64,000 bases of DNA from an uncultured Chloroflexia bacterium (lineage in GTDB: Bacteria; Chloroflexota; Anaerolineae; Anaerolineales; UBA4823), in the NCBI GenBank assembly GCA_963809805.1, contig CAWELB010000007.1, forward strand, positions 458,837 to 522,836. The letters run 5' to 3'. How positions within the stretch are numbered: the stretch's first letter is position 1; every line of letters begins with the position of its first letter. The notes beneath the pieces were generated by a model that was given only the letters and a program-made list of their open reading frames with translations, searched no databases and had not been told where the DNA came from. A program made the position numbers and the translations under genes. Of the stretch, positions 63,489 through 64,000 are shown piece after piece.

Positions 63489-64000
63489 TGTAGAGACGCC
63501 ATAGTATCGCGTCTGTACACCTGTTTTCTGTAGGTTGGTGTTGAGGGCAATGTTCGTTTGCCCGAAACCCAACAAGATGTTTGAACGGGGACGGTCGCAA
63601 GGATCACCCCTTTTTTTGATCTGTAGAGACGCCCCAGTGGGGCGTCTTCGTGCAGGATGGACAATGGTAAGATTGCAACCCGCTTGTTTGTAAGGGCGAC
63701 CCGTCGTAGGATATCGGAACACATGGGTGCCCATGGTAAGGTTATAAAAGAGACACGTGATAATCTTGGTGCGTCGCTCCTACGCCCGCGCTTTGTAGAG
63801 ACGCCCCGCCGGGGCGTCTCCGTGCAGGATAGACAATGGTAAGATTGCAACCCGCTTGTTTGTAAGGGCGACAAGTCGTAGGATATCGGAACACATGGGT
63901 GCCCACGGTAAGTTGATAAAAGAGACACGTGATAATCCTGGTGGGTCGCCCATACGTTTAAATCCGCGACCCTACATTGACCTTTCGTAGAGACTCCCCA
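63489..64000. repeat. array of GTAGAGACGCCCC..GGGGCGTCT hairpin elements, including two tandem ~172-bp units
   Basis: Hairpins at 63489-63519, 63627-63647 and 63798-63820, plus a partial one from 63986. Units 63622-63776 and 63794-63948 align with about 12 mismatches by manual alignment. The array continues beyond the window. Confidence 0.7.

Noticed and set aside
63431-63928. 165-aa minus-strand ORF (and 63450-63734, 63657-63842) over the terminal repeats
   Set aside because: The peptide sequence is itself internally repeated because it simply reads through the 172-bp DNA repeats and hairpins. It has no SD and an Arg/Ser/Thr-rich composition that is not protein-like.
63489-64000. CRISPR array interpretation of the terminal hairpin repeats
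   Set aside because: The segments between the hairpins are themselves ~92% identical, so there are no unique spacers. The spacing is irregular (133/172/192 bp), and no cas genes are in the window.
1-64000. tRNA/rRNA genes, transposases, integrases, and toxin-antitoxin or defence-system genes
   Set aside because: No T-arm GGTTCGAATCC-like cloverleaf candidates appear in the intergenic regions, and no rRNA-like stretches are present. None of the translated ORFs shows DDE/serine/tyrosine recombinase, Cas or common defence-domain motifs. This is a limited by-eye inspection.

Overview
This 64-kb window is chromosomal and densely coding, with about 55 protein genes. I recognised no rRNA, tRNA, CRISPR array, transposase or phage genes by eye. 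All product calls come from motif-level reading of the supplied translations; I ran no BLAST or HMM search.

Layout:
- (i) 1-4.2 kb: a zinc-ribbon protein (partial), two tandem paralogous 2-TM proteins, a 544-aa lipoprotein and small or decayed membrane ORFs.
- (ii) 4.2-10.2 kb: a minus-strand cluster of SDR, alpha/beta hydrolase, amidohydrolase, FAD oxidoreductase and a membrane protein.
- (iii) 10.3-17.2 kb: envelope-associated genes (GIN-domain lipoprotein, two CPBP proteases, ParB-like protein) around a PAS-PAS HisKA_3 kinase, a NarL-type regulator and a stand-alone receiver.
- (iv) 17.3-49.3 kb: a very large carbohydrate-utilisation supercluster. It holds six xylose-isomerase-like TIM-barrel genes, two Gfo/Idh/MocA genes, a ribose-type ABC transporter, ROK and GntR regulators, two FGGY kinases, two Zn-ADHs, KDPG and DeoC aldolases, a cupin PGI, a PTE-like hydrolase, and VOC, OYE (disrupted) and AKR genes.
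- (v) 49.4-63.4 kb: an RNB ribonuclease, a 2964-aa cyclic beta-1,2-glucan synthase-like gene tightly coupled to a tandem-Usp gene, and a B12-binding radical SAM gene.
- (vi) 63.4-64.0 kb: a tandem ~172-bp repeat carrying GC-rich hairpins, running off the window.

The gene content and strong GGAGG ribosome-binding sites are compatible with a saccharolytic Chloroflexota-like organism, but that is a low-confidence guess.

Most interesting non-genic signals:
- Two independent promoter-embedded operator families. One is CTRTCC-N4-GGAYAG plus a TAAATACT box, upstream of five envelope genes. The other is three consensus sigma70 promoters, each followed by TGTWATCCTGTRAT, in the sugar cluster.
- Two structured non-coding gaps inside the plus-strand sugar operon.
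- Three gene lesions: two homopolymer frameshifts and a 19-bp direct-repeat-flanked insertion.
- The terminal hairpin repeat array.
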